Below, piece after piece: positions 45,976 through 59,074 of a stretch of DNA of 64,000 bases (position 1 is its first letter; each line of letters starts with the position of its first letter). The DNA lies in the NCBI GenBank assembly GCA_001643675.2, contig LSRY02000002.1:682001-746000 (forward strand), written 5' to 3'. The notes below the pieces were generated by a model that saw only the letters and a list, made by a program, of their open reading frames with translations, searched no databases and was not told the DNA's origin. The translations under genes and the position numbers were made by a program. Source of the stretch: Monocercomonoides exilis PA203. Lineage: Eukaryota; Protista; Preaxostyla.

Positions 45976-48900
45976 TTAAACCGGAGTATCAGAATCATAA
46001 GATGTAAGTTCCAATCTTATCAATGGATTCGTTAAACCAATCATAAAAGCATCGACAACAATATCCGTTCTTTCGAAGGGCTCTTTCACTGTATACCCAG
46101 CTTTTTCCTGTTTGTTCAGTTTCAACTGTGCTTTTTCACCCTGTGGTGTCGTTTTCAGTGCATTGAAGAAAGAAACAGTTGGAGTTTTGCCATCTTTTCC
46201 GCAATGGGCCAACTTCACAGCGTCTGTTTGAGAAAGTGCTGTGCATTTCCTTTCTCCGGTCTCTGACGTTGAAATCATAAACTGTGCTGTCCCCATGCCC
46301 TGATATCCGGTGGTTTTCACAAGGAGAATTGTATTCACATCTCCGTTGTCCAAATCATTCTTTGTTCTTGCACGGCTGCCAAAAGGATGTTTTGCTGAAT
46401 GAATCTCAGAAAGATGAATCTCCACATTGTTGTAAGCAGCGCTCGTACCAACATTTATTGAGCTCGATTGCCTTCTGCCTCCATCGCTCACGACCGACCC
46501 AAAAGTGAACAATGACACTTTATCCAAGTTTTCTGCTTTCGTCCTGCCCTGACTGCTTTTCAAGTTCATCGAATCGTCAGAAATTGTCCCAATGCTCACA
46601 GCTGCATCGGCTGCTGGCTGCATTCCCACAGAAATCACACCTGACGAGCTGTCCGTGTCTCCAACCACAACTGCACCTTCCACTTTCACATCGTTCGCTG
46701 CCAGTGCTGGTGCATTGATTGTGATTGAATTCTCAGCAGGAGAATGCTCAATGCTCATCTCATTCGCCTCATTCTTTGCTGCCTGCTTCAATTCTGTGTC
46801 TTTATTCACTTTTCGTTTTGTTTGAAAAGTATTCCATTTGTGTTTGACTTTTTCCCACAGCTTCGAAATAAGCGAGTGTAGAAAGCCAACATCGCGTGCC
46901 TCAGATGCATTACCAGTCGGCACATCAAACGTCACTTTCTTTAAAAACAGAGTGTCATTCACCTCCATCGAATAAGCGCCCAACAGCGAGGCATTCAGCT
47001 CTTTCGCCTTCAATTCTTTGCTGATTGTTGAGTCAACCTCCATCTCCTTCAGATCGCACGTATATTCCGTCCAGGCGAGGCTCCCCACATTCTGCACATC
47101 CGCCCCGTTCAAGTCGAGATCCACGTCCTCCAACGAGACCACTTTCCGATCATCGTCGCCAGCAGCCCTTCCGCCTGTAAACTTCATCCCTCCATTTTCC
47201 ACACTGATTTCGTTTTTCTCTCCATCAATCTTAAAGCCGCCAAGCTTCATTTGAGGTTCTTTCGTGGCAAAAGATGACTCCACATTCAGCTGAGCGGCTG
47301 TCATTGAATCGACTGCAGCTGAAGAAACAGAAAAGCCCAGCGCATCCACCTCAAACGGGATGCTTCCCTTTGCGAGGCTATGTGACTCGTGCTTTGGAGA
47401 AGCATTTGCAGTCAATGCTTCGTTCGCACTTGTTCCATACTTGGACAGCTTGAAGTACTGTGTCAGATAATTTTTCATGCGTGTTTTGACTGTTTGGAGC
47501 CTGAATTCAAGCATTCGAGTCTGGAACTCTTCTTCGTCTTTGCTGCATGTTATTAATTCTGCTAATGTATCTTTCATTCCGTTCCACATCAGCGAAAGAA
47601 TCGGATCAAAACTCGAGTGATAAAGCTTTGCTTTGCTTTGTTTGTTTCCAACTGCAGTCTCGCCAGTTGCATCGCATTCCCAAGAATTGCATTCATGAAA
47701 CTGAGGAGAAATCAGAGGTCGATTGTTTCTGTTTGCTTTCTCTTTCTCTTTGCGCTTTTGTGTGCTTGCGCTTGAGTCAAGCTGTGGATGGGATTCTAAT
47801 GTTCCAGAGGATGAAGAAGGCTCTTGTTGGAGTAATGCAGGATTCACCATTTCCACTTCATCTTTGGTATTTGTTGCTTCTGCTGTATGTTTAGCATCCT
47901 TCTCTTGTAATATGCTCGTCTGATGCCCCTTCGCATCTCCAACAGAAGACGGCTGCTCCACGCGGAAGTACGACGACGATCCTTCTGACGGCTTTATCAG
48001 CACATGGGGATCAGTGCTGCGGGACACTTCGAGAACCCCCTTCAGAATAACACGCGGAGAAAGCGTTGGAAATACTCCGCCAAAGACGATGAGACATGTG
48101 AGGATGAGGGTGAAAAGTGTGGTGACAGAAAAAGTGACAAGGAGAATGATGGTTATGACGTTCATCTTTGAGCGTTTAGCGACATTCGACAAGAAATCGT
48201 AAATGCAGCGAATGAGCGATTTTTTGCGCTTTTTCGACTGTGGCTTGTCGCTATCTTGAGTGTTGTGAGTTTCAATGAGTTCATCTTCTGATTCTTCAGA
48301 TGTATCTTCAGAGCAGAAACCGTCACTTTCAGTTTCTTCATTGAATGGCTCACTTTCATTGTCTGTTGTATCATCAACTTTCACCTCTTCTTTCACCTCT
48401 TCTTCTTCTTCTTCTTTCTTGTCTTCTTTCTCTTCACTTATCTCTTCACCCTGTTTCTGTTCATCTTTGCTTCTTTCTTCTTTTTTGTCTTTTCTTTTCA
48501 TTACATCATCATTACAGCTATAATCATTGTTATCATTCTGCTGCGCTTTTTCTCCGTTTTCTGAAAACTTTATTGTTTTCTCTGCTTTTTTCTTTCCTTT
48601 TTTCTTGTCCTTCTCGTGTTTCTCTTTTTTTGTCTCATTTTTTTCTTTTTCATCCGCTTTATTCTTTTCTTTTGTTTCGACTTTTCTCTCTTTTTCCTCT
48701 TCCTGTTTGTTTTCTTTTTCATTATTAAGTTCAACTTTCTTCGGTGTTTGAGCAATATCGTTAGATCTCTCTTTTTTCTGTTCCTTTTTCTCTTTTTCAA
48801 TAAACTTCACACTTTTCTCATATTCTCCTTCATATCCTTTTTTTGGTTCATTAGAAATTTCCATATCTGAATCGCTGTCTCGTTTTGGCTGTTTGTTAGA

Positions 48901-49741
48901 TTTTTCTTCGCTTGGACCTTTACTGTTATTAATTTCTGTTTGAGTTGTCTTTTTCTCATTCCTCACTTTCTCATTAACAGAATCTGAGGTTTGTTCCTTG
49001 AATGTCTTGGAGTCAATAAGTTCTGATTGTTTTCCTTCAGAAGCTGTTGCATCTGCTTTAATTTCACAATTGTCATTGGTTTCTCTAAAATCTTCGTCAG
49101 ATAGCCTTATTGATTCTTTTTCTCGTTCTGTTTCAATTTTTCGATTATTACAATTTCTTTCTGCATTCTTAATTTCAGCTTGAATGTTTTCTTTACCAGG
49201 AGGAAACGCTTCAGAATCTTCCTTATTGACTTTCACAGTGTCAATTTCCTTTTCAGATTTATTTGATTGTGCAGAATGGTTGTTTGAATTGTGCTTTTCG
49301 AAATCATCAAAAGGCAAGCACACTCCTTCGACAGTTGTTGGAATTAAAGGAATATTGCTGCTTTTTTGTATGGGTTTTGGAGATTTGAAGTTAGATTTCG
49401 ACTGCTTTGAGCCTCTAAACTTATGTGAAAAAGCAGAAAAAATTGAAGGTCGTCTCGAATTTTTCCCTCGAAAAGAGTTTTTTTCTTCTTCGCATTCCTG
49501 TGGAGAAAAATCCGTTTGGATATCTTTTTTTCCCACTTGAGGAGTAGATAAAAGAGAAACATCAGTTTCAGTTAAATTCCCTTCTGGAGTTGAAGAAACC
49601 TATAAATTTATATAAAATACATGCATTCGTTGTCCAAAACAAATTTAATAACTTTCAAACTAAAGTTATTATGTTTAGCTCTTCAGAAACTTGATCCTCG
49701 CTTAAAGATTTAGATGCAGGCAAACAAGAAGATGCAGACAT
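45976..49741 (-). CDS. Hypothetical single-pass (type II) membrane protein, 2 exons (49741-49661, 49599-45976)
   Basis: A 61-nt GTTTGA...ATAG intron (49600-49660) joins MSASSCLP... in frame to the 1186-aa ORF. K/E-rich N-terminal half, one hydrophobic helix (VITIILLVTFSVTTLFTLILTCLIVFGGVF) and a beta-rich C-terminal region. Confidence 0.75.
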
Positions 49742-50125
49742 AATAATAGTAATCAAATCACTAAATGTGTTTGATTAAGTAATTCTACTTAGTATAATTC
49801 AATTCATAAGAAATTAGTCAAGTTCGCAGCAAAGATTCGCCTTTTGATAAATTGATCAAATAAGTACTAAAGTTTTTTCTTTTAATTTTCGAAATGTTAT
49901 TTGAAATTGTTTTTCATGAATATAAATTCCTCACATCTCTGTGGCAACATCAAATTAAAAAAACTGTGTAAATAAAGTGTCAACAAATAATTTTAAAATT
50001 CTATTATCTTAAAATTTTCACAAAGTCTCAAGAAATTTCTTAAAACGAATTTCTTTTTGAAAAACATAAAATACGTTGGAAAAAAATAAAGAAAAGAATA
50101 CGAAAGTTCAGGATTTTGAGAAATT

Positions 50126-51122
50126 CTAATTATTTTTCTTTCTCTCGATTTCCTCTTTTTTATCAGAATTATTCTTTGGCTTCTTTGGTTTCTTTTCTGA
50201 TTTTATTGGTTCTTCATTCTTTTTAAACAGCCAGGCAAGAAGCAAAATCGATCCAGCAGAAAGTACAGAAAAGAAGTACGAAATGAATGAAGATGTAGCA
50301 TCATCTTTTGATGATAATGATAGAGCTAACAAAAACAAAATTTACGATTATTATTAAAAGAAATAAACAAAATAAAAACAAACACATCAGTCCAAACAAT
50401 CCATTCAGAAAATTCAGTTTTTGTCCAGTTAGAGATATTCCTTTCACTGATTGTTGTTTAATACACAATTGAAGTTGGGGAATGTGACTGAAAATTTGAA
50501 CAAGAGGCTTAACGATGGGAAAATATGCTAAAATTTGTAACATTTTTGGAGAAATGTATTTAAAAGTTATAAATTTAAATTTTTAAATTATGAATGCAAA
50601 TGCCCTGCATACGAATAGCTTGAGGATATAAAATTGACAAAACATATGGAACTCCTGGCATGGCAAATAGTCCAAAATATGCATATTTCTTATCTTTGCG
50701 ATACATAGCAAATCTAAACAACCAAAAACCAAATGCAATAAACTTAAAAAATGAATCAAACTGATAAAATAATATCATTGATTCCAACAGCATAAAGAAA
50801 GCATATGCAATTATGAATGTTGGATCTTTTCAAAAAAGAAATATTAACTTTAAAAAAATCAAAGAAAAAAACCGTTTGCAAGATAGCCATTCACGAATTG
50901 AAAAGAAAATCCTATGAACTTTATAATCATCGAAGAAAAGCTAACTCCAGTTGTTGATTTATTTTTGAAATTTAAATAAATCTGTGGTAAATATCTGTTC
51001 AGTTAAATACAACATTACTTTAAAAGCAAGTTAATATTATCAAATTCGAACTGTACTACTCCTAATCCTGTTGATGTATAGCCGCAATATTTAGCAATCA
51101 AATCTCTTGTCTCGGTTTTCAT
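50126..51122 (-). CDS. PQ-loop repeat membrane protein (PQLC/YPQ/MPDU1 superfamily), about 6 exons
   Basis: The spliced product MKTETRDLIAKYCGYTSTGLGVVQYLPQIYLNFKNKSTTGVS... and ...FSHIPQLQLCIKQQSVKGIS... has two PQ motifs and multiple TM helices. All introns are GT-AG and in phase. Confidence 0.85.
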
Positions 51123-51727
51123 TTATCGAAAATCTTCAATCGATCCAAAAAATCAGAATTACCATTAAGAAAAAATCGCACAGTTTCATCAAGAAACAGT
51201 TCTGATTGTGATTTGTTTTTTTATTTTGTTGTTTCCATTTTGTTAGTGCACTTTTTTTGTATTTTTTCTTTAAAGAGAAACTTCTTTTCACATCATATGA
51301 CTTTGTATTATTATCCATATTACGATTTCAGTCTCCTTCAAATTTTATTTCTATTTTGTTTGTGTTAATACATATTAGCCTTTAATTCAAACCAAATTCT
51401 GTGATTTTTATGTTGCAAATATTTGCCCATTGGAATTATTTAAAAAAGAATTTGCACCAAATGTTAAAAAAAAAGTTAACAACAATAAAAACAAATTCAA
51501 ATACGAAATCAAAGGAAAAATGGATAATCTTCAATACCTTTGATAAGCGTTTCCCAATGAAGTGAATGAAATTAATTTAAAAAAACACAATGAAAAAACA
51601 ATCAAAATTGCCAATAACACAAACTATAAAAGCCAATGAATGCACACAACACACAAACAAACAAGTCAACAAGCGAAATACATCTAAACACAAACATTCC
51701 TCTTTCTCTTTTTCTTTCTTCCTATCT

Positions 51728-51734
<7 letters not shown>

Positions 51735-51795
<61 letters not shown>
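51735..51795. repeat. (CT)n/(GA)n microsatellite in the 3' region of the cullin gene
   Basis: Uninterrupted CT dinucleotide run ending about 12 nt downstream of the cullin stop codon. Confidence 0.95.
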
Positions 51796-51798
<3 letters not shown>

Positions 51799-51807
51799 TC
51801 CCACTTC

Positions 51808-54800
51808 TCAAGCCACATATCTAAACATCTTCCTGTCATTTTCATCACGCTCCATATACTCCCTCTCCACTAGCGATTCCACCCTCACCGTGATCGCACG
51901 CGCCGTCGGCTGGAACCTCTTCCCGAGCTGCCGCGAGACCTCGCTGATGAGCTCGTTGAACTCCATCTGCTGCCGCGTCTTCATCACCCGCACAATCGTC
52001 GCCTCGATCAGGTGCTTCCGGTCTTCCTCAACTTTCTTCGTAATCTCGTTGTGATCGGTCAGCCCCGCTGCTGCGCCAAACCGGCTGCGCCCGTCGCCTT
52101 TGGCTTCTCTGCTCTTCTTCAGCTGCTGGATGAGGTTGATGCGGCTGTGCGAGTAGTTGAACGAGGAGTTGAATGTGAAGACGTCTGTTGGGCTGAACGG
52201 AAGCTGGACGGGGGCTGGCTTGGCGGTTGGTAACGAAGCAGATGAAGATGTTGTTGAAGATGTTGTTGACGTTGTTGAATCAGAAGAAGAAGAAGAAGAA
52301 GTGGATGAAGAAGAAGAAGGAAGAATAGGAACTGCCTGAATCGTCGTGTTTGAAGAATTAGTATTTGACGAAGAAGAAGAAGATGATGATGATGATGATG
52401 ATGATGAATTAGCAGCAGCAGGAGGAGGAAGAAGTATTTTCATTTTGGGCTGTGTGAGTGAAGTGAGGAGCTCGCAGATCTCGTAGAGCTCCAGTTGAGT
52501 GGCTGAGTGTATTTCCTGCAGAGTGAGGCGGTCGGTGAGGTTGAATTGGAGAAGAATCAGCATCTGAAGTGTAGTTGTCTCGAGGCCGTAGTGAGAGCGA
52601 AGTGAGGCCGCGCTTGACCGTGAGCGAGTTGGTTGAGAAGAAGAAGAGGAGGATGAGGAAGTGGAAGAAGAACCAGACTTTGCCCGTACCAGCGGAGGGG
52701 CAGCCGGGTACATCCGCAGCTCTGCCATTCCCATGTGGTGCTGCCACGTGATCCGCTTCCCGTGGTACTTCTTGTTGTAGAACTCCTCAAACGCACTGCA
52801 GCACGTCGCCAGCTCTGCCGGCAGCGTCACCGGAGGATGAGGAATCGACGGCCAGTACGCCTTCGTCAGCGCCACGGGGAACATCTCCACACTCGGCATC
52901 TTCTCCTTCTCTTTCACCTTCAGCGCGATGACTGTGCTGTCTTGTGTCGCAGAGATCTCTTCGTCCAGCTGCTTCCGCTTGTCTTCAATGAACTGCCTGA
53001 ACTCGTCTGCACCGTCTTCGCTTGTGCCCACGTCCTGGAACATGCCCTCCAGCTTCACTGTGAACTGCGCGCCGCACATCCCCTTTAGCTTCTGAATAAC
53101 CATCTTTTCCAGCTCTTCGTTCGGTCTTTTCTTCATCAGGATCCTCTTCGCCAGAAGATCTCTGTACTCTGCCTCAAACATGTCCTTCTCCTCCAGCGCG
53201 CTGAACAGATCCAGACAGTCGTTGATCAGCGCCTCAATCTCCGCCTCGCTTTCCGTCCGCTCGCGCGACGCCCGCTGCAGCTTGCAGTCCAAGTTCACTG
53301 CCATCAGACGCGCAGCCACTGGGTTCTTGTTGATGGACGTCTTGAACACTTCGTCAACCATCCGGATGAAGTCCTCGTCGGTTGTCTGTGACGATGGATT
53401 CACACCGGAGATGGGCTGTATCGATGAAGCGGATGGAATCGCAGAGGAAGACGGAGCAAGAGAGGAGAGCGCTCCGAGCGACGAGCCTGGAGCAGAAGGA
53501 AGAAGCGTGTGTGTGGAGAAGGAAGAGGAGGAAGACGATGAGGATGATGAAGACGATGATGAAGAGGCAGGCATTTCGTTAGACATCATCGTCGACTGGA
53601 TCATTTCTTGCCTTCCGCTCATCGAATACACGAACGAGTATGTCAAAAAGTTCTGCGTTTTGTGCTTCAGCTCAATCAGCCTGTCAACAAAGATCTCTGC
53701 CTCGTTTCTGTCTTTCTTTCCTGCGCCGCTTGCGTTTCCCTCATTGTTGTATTCATCTCCTTCTCCTGTGCAGATCTGGTCGCACAATCCTCCGAAAAAC
53801 TGCCGCACTTCCTTCAGCATTGGTTGAGTACCGCCAGGGATTGAAGACAACACCCTGAACAAGCACCCCACATCGTCATACTTGTCATCTCTGAGCATCG
53901 AAAGAAGACCGTTTTCTCTCTGAATTAAGACATTAAGATGCTCTAGCGCCATTGAATTGATCACAATGCGCTTGATTTTCGCTAAAGTGCTGACGTCCAA
54001 CATTTGCGTACAGCGTTGCACTTCTTCTTCCAGTCTACGTTCGATGCGATGCAAAAAATCAATCATTCCCATTGATGTAATGAGTTTTCCTTCTCTTTGA
54101 TAAAAGGTAGTTGATCTATCAAGAAATGGCTGCTCAAAAACGCTTTCATAAAACATTTTTGATTCAATGCTGAGATCAATAATCACACGCAAAAAACTCT
54201 GGAGAGCAGGCGCATCAATTGCTTCACCTCTTCGTTCTCTATCGATTTCATCCAACGCTTTTTCAACGCCTTTTGTTTTCAGTTGAAGACAGGGACTCAT
54301 ATGCTCCCTGAATAAATAAGTTCCAAGGACTTTGACAGATAAAAGTCTGTTCTCAATTACGTAAGTTCGATCCAAATAAATAAAGAGGTCTCGAATTAAT
54401 TGAATAAATGTTTGATGTGCCTTCCATTCAACTTGAAGAGTTGTCCATGGATCTATTGAATTTAGAGATAATTCGGCTGTTCTTCTTTTTAGACGAGAAG
54501 CCAAATCAGCTTGAAGGTTGTCGTATAAAAATTTTCCGTGTTTTTGGAGAACAAGATGATATATTTGTCTGTACCATTGATAAAATCATTACAAAAACAA
54601 AAAATGATATTGAATAAAATTATAATTAAACAAACCGGTATAATGCTTCATAATACAAGTCTTTTGTGTCTCCATGACTTAGGCGTTCGATAGATTCCTG
54701 TAGCGATTCCCAAGCAGCAAATGGAGGATCCTTTTCTGCTGCTGGTTGTGGCGTCCAAGATTTCACGTGCGAATGCCGGCTGCTTGAGGTTTTTGAAGTC

Positions 54801-54808
54801 AGAGACAT
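51808..54808 (-). CDS. CUL3: Cullin-3-like E3 ligase scaffold, 2 exons (intron 54569-54635; start could alternatively be 54832)
   Basis: The spliced N-terminus YEALYRQIYHLVLQK is CUL3-like. Other matches are WKAHQTFIQLIRDLFIYLDRTYV, KDMFEAEYRDLLAKRIL and WQHHMG, plus the neddylation domain DRKHLIEATIVRVMKTR...LVEREYMERDENDRKMFRYVA. Confidence 0.88.
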
Positions 54809-54997
54809 ATGACTGAAAACAATGGGAAACATGATCACTCGACAATTTTCAAATATTTAAGAAAGTTTTCCCAATGGCATTCTAATGTTTATATTAAATG
54901 TGTTGTAATTATTCATTATACAAAAATTAAATTGTTGTAAAAAATTGAAATGATGAAATAATTGAAAAAATAAGTGAAATGTGAAGTGATAGTGGTA

Positions 54998-56588
54998 TTA
55001 GCCAGATGAAATGAGGGAAAGGGGTGATGGTGATCGACTTGATGAAGAGCCTCCAGAAGTAGATGACGGGATTGGAGAAGTTGTTGTGCTATGAACGCGA
55101 GATGAAGGAGTTGACAAGCAAAGAGAATTAAGATCAGCATACTGAGGTAACCTATTATCAATTATAACTGAATTTTTTAAATTTTGAAAAAATGATTGTC
55201 ACAAGAAATTGTAAAAGAAAAATCTAAAAAAAGTCAAGTGTCGAAGCAAACATTGCAAATCCTCCATTTTTGATTGTATGTCTTTCAACATAGCCGAAAG
55301 AGTTGCTGAAGTCAAAGCAGAAGCATCGACAATTGAAGAAGAAGCCAACGAAGCATTCGAAGATCCAGAAGCGCCTTCTCTTCCTTCGCCAGCTGCTCCT
55401 ATGCCACCTCCACCAGATCCACCTCCAGCACCGATTCCAATGATGCTGCTACTGCTGCTCCCAACACTTCCAAGTCCAGCTCCACCTCCTGCTCCTCCAC
55501 CACCTGAAGTACCACTAGCAGTCTTATCTCTCCTAAATATAGCTGTATATCCCGAAATCAACTGATCGTGAAGGTTTCGAACAGCCATTGACAGCGCTGA
55601 TTTAAGTTCTTTTTGCTGGACAGTATGATCATCCATGGAATACAACGAATTTTCTAATTTCTTCACTTTCATTCGCAAATCCTTTAATAAATTTTGCTTT
55701 TGTTCTGTTTCTGTTGTTTCTTGAAGAAGAAGAGATTGTTGTGCCTTATTAGAAGAATAATGTTGCAACGCATAAGTTGTTAATAATATAAATCCAAAAG
55801 GAATAAGCAAACTTTCATTGTTTCTGCATGAGAGCGTGCCATTTCTTCTTTTGTTGCTCTCAGATTGTCTATTTGAAGTTTGATTGATTCGTATGTACTT
55901 GTAAGTGTGTGAAATCTACTCATTATTTCATCAATTGTTGATCCTTCGCTACTTCTTTCCTCTAATTGCTCAAGAAAATCTTTGTATACACGATACCTTT
56001 CAACACTTGCGTTTAAAATCATTTGTTGGTGTCGAAGATCTTCTAGTTCCTTTCGTCTTTCAATAATACTTTCTTCGACTGAAACAGGCTTCGTCATGCC
56101 TGCAACAGCTCTATTTCTGACCTGCCCTCTTCCCTTCTCAGATTCCATTGCAATTTTATGTTGAGCAGCTGTAATTTGAGCATATTCTTGTTGTTGTTGC
56201 TTAAATTTCGCTTTCTTCCAATTGAACACAATTATTAATATAGAGAAAATTCTTTAATAAAGTACCTGTTCATCGAGATATGCTCGGCGTTGACGAAGCT
56301 CTTCAAGTTTTTCATTACAAATTTTCTAATCTAATTTTAATTTTTTTGTAATAATAATGTTGTAGCCAATACCTTTTGAGCTTCTAATTGTTTTTGTGTT
56401 TCTTGATGTCGTTTTCTTTTTTCAAGAAGTTCTAGATCGTCATTTTCTTTTCTTGGCTTATCGGCTGCCTAAATAAAGAAACAAACGAATAATATATGAA
56501 GTTATAACAACCATCATACTATAGCAATAACTTCATCCTTTGTAAAACCTTCACTAGGGTTTTTTAACTCGTCTGAAGTTAAACTCAT
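54998..56588 (-). CDS. CFAP73/CCDC42-like (DUF4200) coiled-coil axonemal protein, about 6 exons
   Basis: In-phase GT-AG introns join MSLTSDELK..., ELLEKRKR..., YRVYKDFLEQL...IDEIMSRFHTL, LSMAVRNLHDQL and LKDIQSKMEDLQFII. These motifs resemble the CCDC42/CFAP73 family. Confidence 0.7.
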
Positions 56589-57021
56589 CTTTTCAACAAC
56601 CAATTTGCACTTATTACTTTTTGATCAATAATTGTTCTCATTTGATGGAATTTTTCCTTATTGTAATTGCTATAAAAAATATATTGAATCAAATGAAATT
56701 TTTTATTTCAATATTGAAATGAAAATGAAATAATAAAAGTTTTCATAGAAAAGATCTAGAGTTATTTGGTTCAAAGATAATTGTGAAATTTTAACTTTAA
56801 AAAATTAATTTTTGAAATAAATAATTTCAAAGAAAAAAGAAAATTTCAAATTGAAACAATATTTTTTATTTCATTAGATACTATTTTTGGAATTGTTTGT
56901 GTTATTCAGGTCCTCAACGATGAAAAAACTAAATGAAAAAACCAATGTTTCTTAAAAAAGAACAAACATTTTCATTCGTAATAAATGAGAATTATTTCTT
57001 TTCAAGAAATGGAAGAACAAA

Positions 57022-57022
<1 letters not shown>

Positions 57023-57075
<53 letters not shown>

Positions 57076-57195
57076 AAAAGAAAAAGAAAAGAAAAGAAAA
57101 GAAAAGAAAAAGAAAAGAAAAGAAAAGAAAAGAAAAGAAAAAGAAAAGAAAAGAAAAGAAAAGAAAAAGAAAAGAAAAGAAAGAAAGAAAAAAAA
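57023..57195. repeat. Poly(A) run of about 51 nt followed by (GAAAA)n-type simple repeat
   Basis: Seen directly; it explains the spurious poly-K and poly-F ORFs. Confidence 0.95.
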
Positions 57196-57584
57196 TGTCG
57201 TTAAAATTGCTCAAAAAATTGTGGATAAGATTTAAATTATAAAAAAAAAATTCAAAACGAAAAAAACTTTTTATATTTTTCTAATACATATTCGTTCATT
57301 GCATATTCATTTTGTTTACAAAGTTTGCATTTTTAATTCTAATGAATTGATGAAAAAATGAAATTTATGAAATTTTCGACACACTCAGGATCCTTTTTTT
57401 CTCAGATTTCAAAATTAATTTTGTATTATCTTCAAAGAAAGTGAATTAGAATTAAATTATTACTGTATGAGTTTGCTATGAAATGATAATTATTATAATC
57501 CTTAATAGATTAATCCTCAGTGAAATTGCTTAAAAAAACCTAATTTTTTCAATATTAAAAAAAAAAAATCAAAAATTTTTATCT

Positions 57585-57840
57585 GGGTGATTATTTTTTA
57601 TATCATATTTTTTCATACACAAATTCCTGTTAGAAAATTTCTCTTGAATATCAATAAAAAATATTGAAAAGTTTAAAGGCTTATTGAATTCATTTTAATC
57701 TTTTATTCAGAAAAACCATTTGTATCTAAAAACAATCATCATGCTTTTTCTCTTTTCAATTAACATTTTCTTTCAAAAAAACAAACAATCCTTGATAAAT
57801 CATCTCCCTGAAAAATATATGGTTTCAAAAATAATCACCC
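57585..57840. mobile_element. MITE family 1 copy, reverse orientation (256 bp)
   Basis: GGGTGATTATTTTTTATATCATA ... TATGGTTTCAAAAATAATCACCC; flanks are ATCT/ATTT. Confidence 0.8.
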
Positions 57841-57866
57841 ATTTATATGAATGAGTTATTCTATTT

Positions 57867-58043
57867 GGGACGAAATTTTTTGTTTTATGAATTTTGTTCC
57901 ACGCAGTTCTTTCAAAGATTTTATTCAATTTTTATATTTCTATATTTAATATTGCACGATAGTGTTTGAATTTCAATCATTCGATTGCAGAAAAAGTTTG
58001 GAACAAATTATTGAAATCTTCATAAATGAAAGAATTCTGTCCC
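57867..58043. mobile_element. MITE family 4 copy (177 bp)
   Basis: Ends GGGACGAAATTTTT / AAAGAATTCTGTCCC with a perfect ATTT/ATTT duplication; the interior resembles 61565-61725. Confidence 0.75.
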
Positions 58044-58262
58044 ATTTGAATAGTCGCAAATGTTTAATTACATGGTTTAACAAAAACGAATCTTTTTTGA
58101 TCGTTTTTTGTAATAAATCCCTCGAATTTCTCCACTATTCACATATTTTCGTATCAAATAAGTTATTTTATTTTAATTCGTTAAGTGATGAAGCTTGATG
58201 GATTCATTGCAAAATAAGATCAAATTAAGTCCAAAGTTATTAAACACCAATTTAGAACATTA

Positions 58263-58789
58263 GGGGTAAAATATGGACTTTCAAGCTTTTTGTGCACAAA
58301 GCATGAAAAAAATGTTTCACTCATAACATTTTTTAACTTTATCAGATTTCAAAAAAATTTTGCTTTTCTTATCTGTTAACAGGTGGGTGATTATTTTTGA
58401 AATCATAACTTATTTCGGAGTGTGAATAATTTATTGGTTTTCTGCTATTTGCTCAAAAGTTTAAATTCAAATGTTCCGTGCTTTTCAATTGTGACAAATG
58501 CTGATATTTGAGATAAAAATAATATGCAATAATCTGTTTGTTGTATTTCCACTTTTCAGAATTCATTCAAAAACATTTGATGCTTTTTTTCATTCCGAAA
58601 TTGTTCACAGAAAAAATCTGATTTCAAAAATTATTACCCAGGTGTCGTTGAAATCAAAACATACAGTTTACCAATATTTCACGAATGTCAAAAAAATGAC
58701 CCTATTATATAATGCATTTTGATGTAAAAAAGTTAATCGAAAATGCATAATTTTTCAATGAAAATGCCTGAAGTTAAATATTTTGCCCC
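58263..58789. mobile_element. MITE family 3 copy interrupted by a family 1 insertion
   Basis: Ends GGGGTAAAATAT / ATATTTTGCCCC. Both halves are collinear with the uninterrupted 60694-60959 copy. Confidence 0.8.
58385..58639. mobile_element. MITE family 1 copy nested in family 3 (255 bp)
   Basis: GGGTGATTATTTTTGAAATCA ... TGATTTCAAAAATTATTACCC with a perfect AGGT/AGGT duplication. Confidence 0.88.
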
Positions 58790-59074
58790 ATTTTCATATT
58801 TTCAATAAAAATAACACATATTTTTATTTTGGTAATTCTCAAAAAAAATGGCACATATTTATTTTTCTGTTTTTGTTGATCGCTTTATTGTTTTGATCAG
58901 TTTTTTCAACTTAATATTCATATTCTGCAAGAGAGTGATCCCGCTTATCAATATCGAAAACAAAAAATAAATAGCAGTTTAAAGAAAATTGAAGTCTTTG
59001 TCACAAAAACTGATAAAAAATGTTGTGTTTGATTGAAACAGAAAAAAAGCAAATGTGACTCTTCACATAGAAAA

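Noticed and set aside
51577-52054. RERERE / SLSLSL ORFs
   Set aside because: Translations of the (GA)n microsatellite.
5043-56588. Possible TAA/TAG-to-Gln recoding as in some oxymonads and diplomonads
   Set aside because: Conserved proteins end at TAA or TAG at the expected positions (the ATR FATC end, MYCBP, the PQ-loop gene), and long ORFs are open under the standard code.
13839-56588. Functional gene cluster (two flagellar genes, ATR, CUL3, importin)
   Set aside because: The functions are unrelated and orientations mixed; ordinary eukaryotic gene neighbourhood.
56933-57242. Poly-Lys / poly-Phe ORFs; poly(A) considered as a retroposon tail
   Set aside because: Simple repeat, with no upstream element body or target duplication identified.
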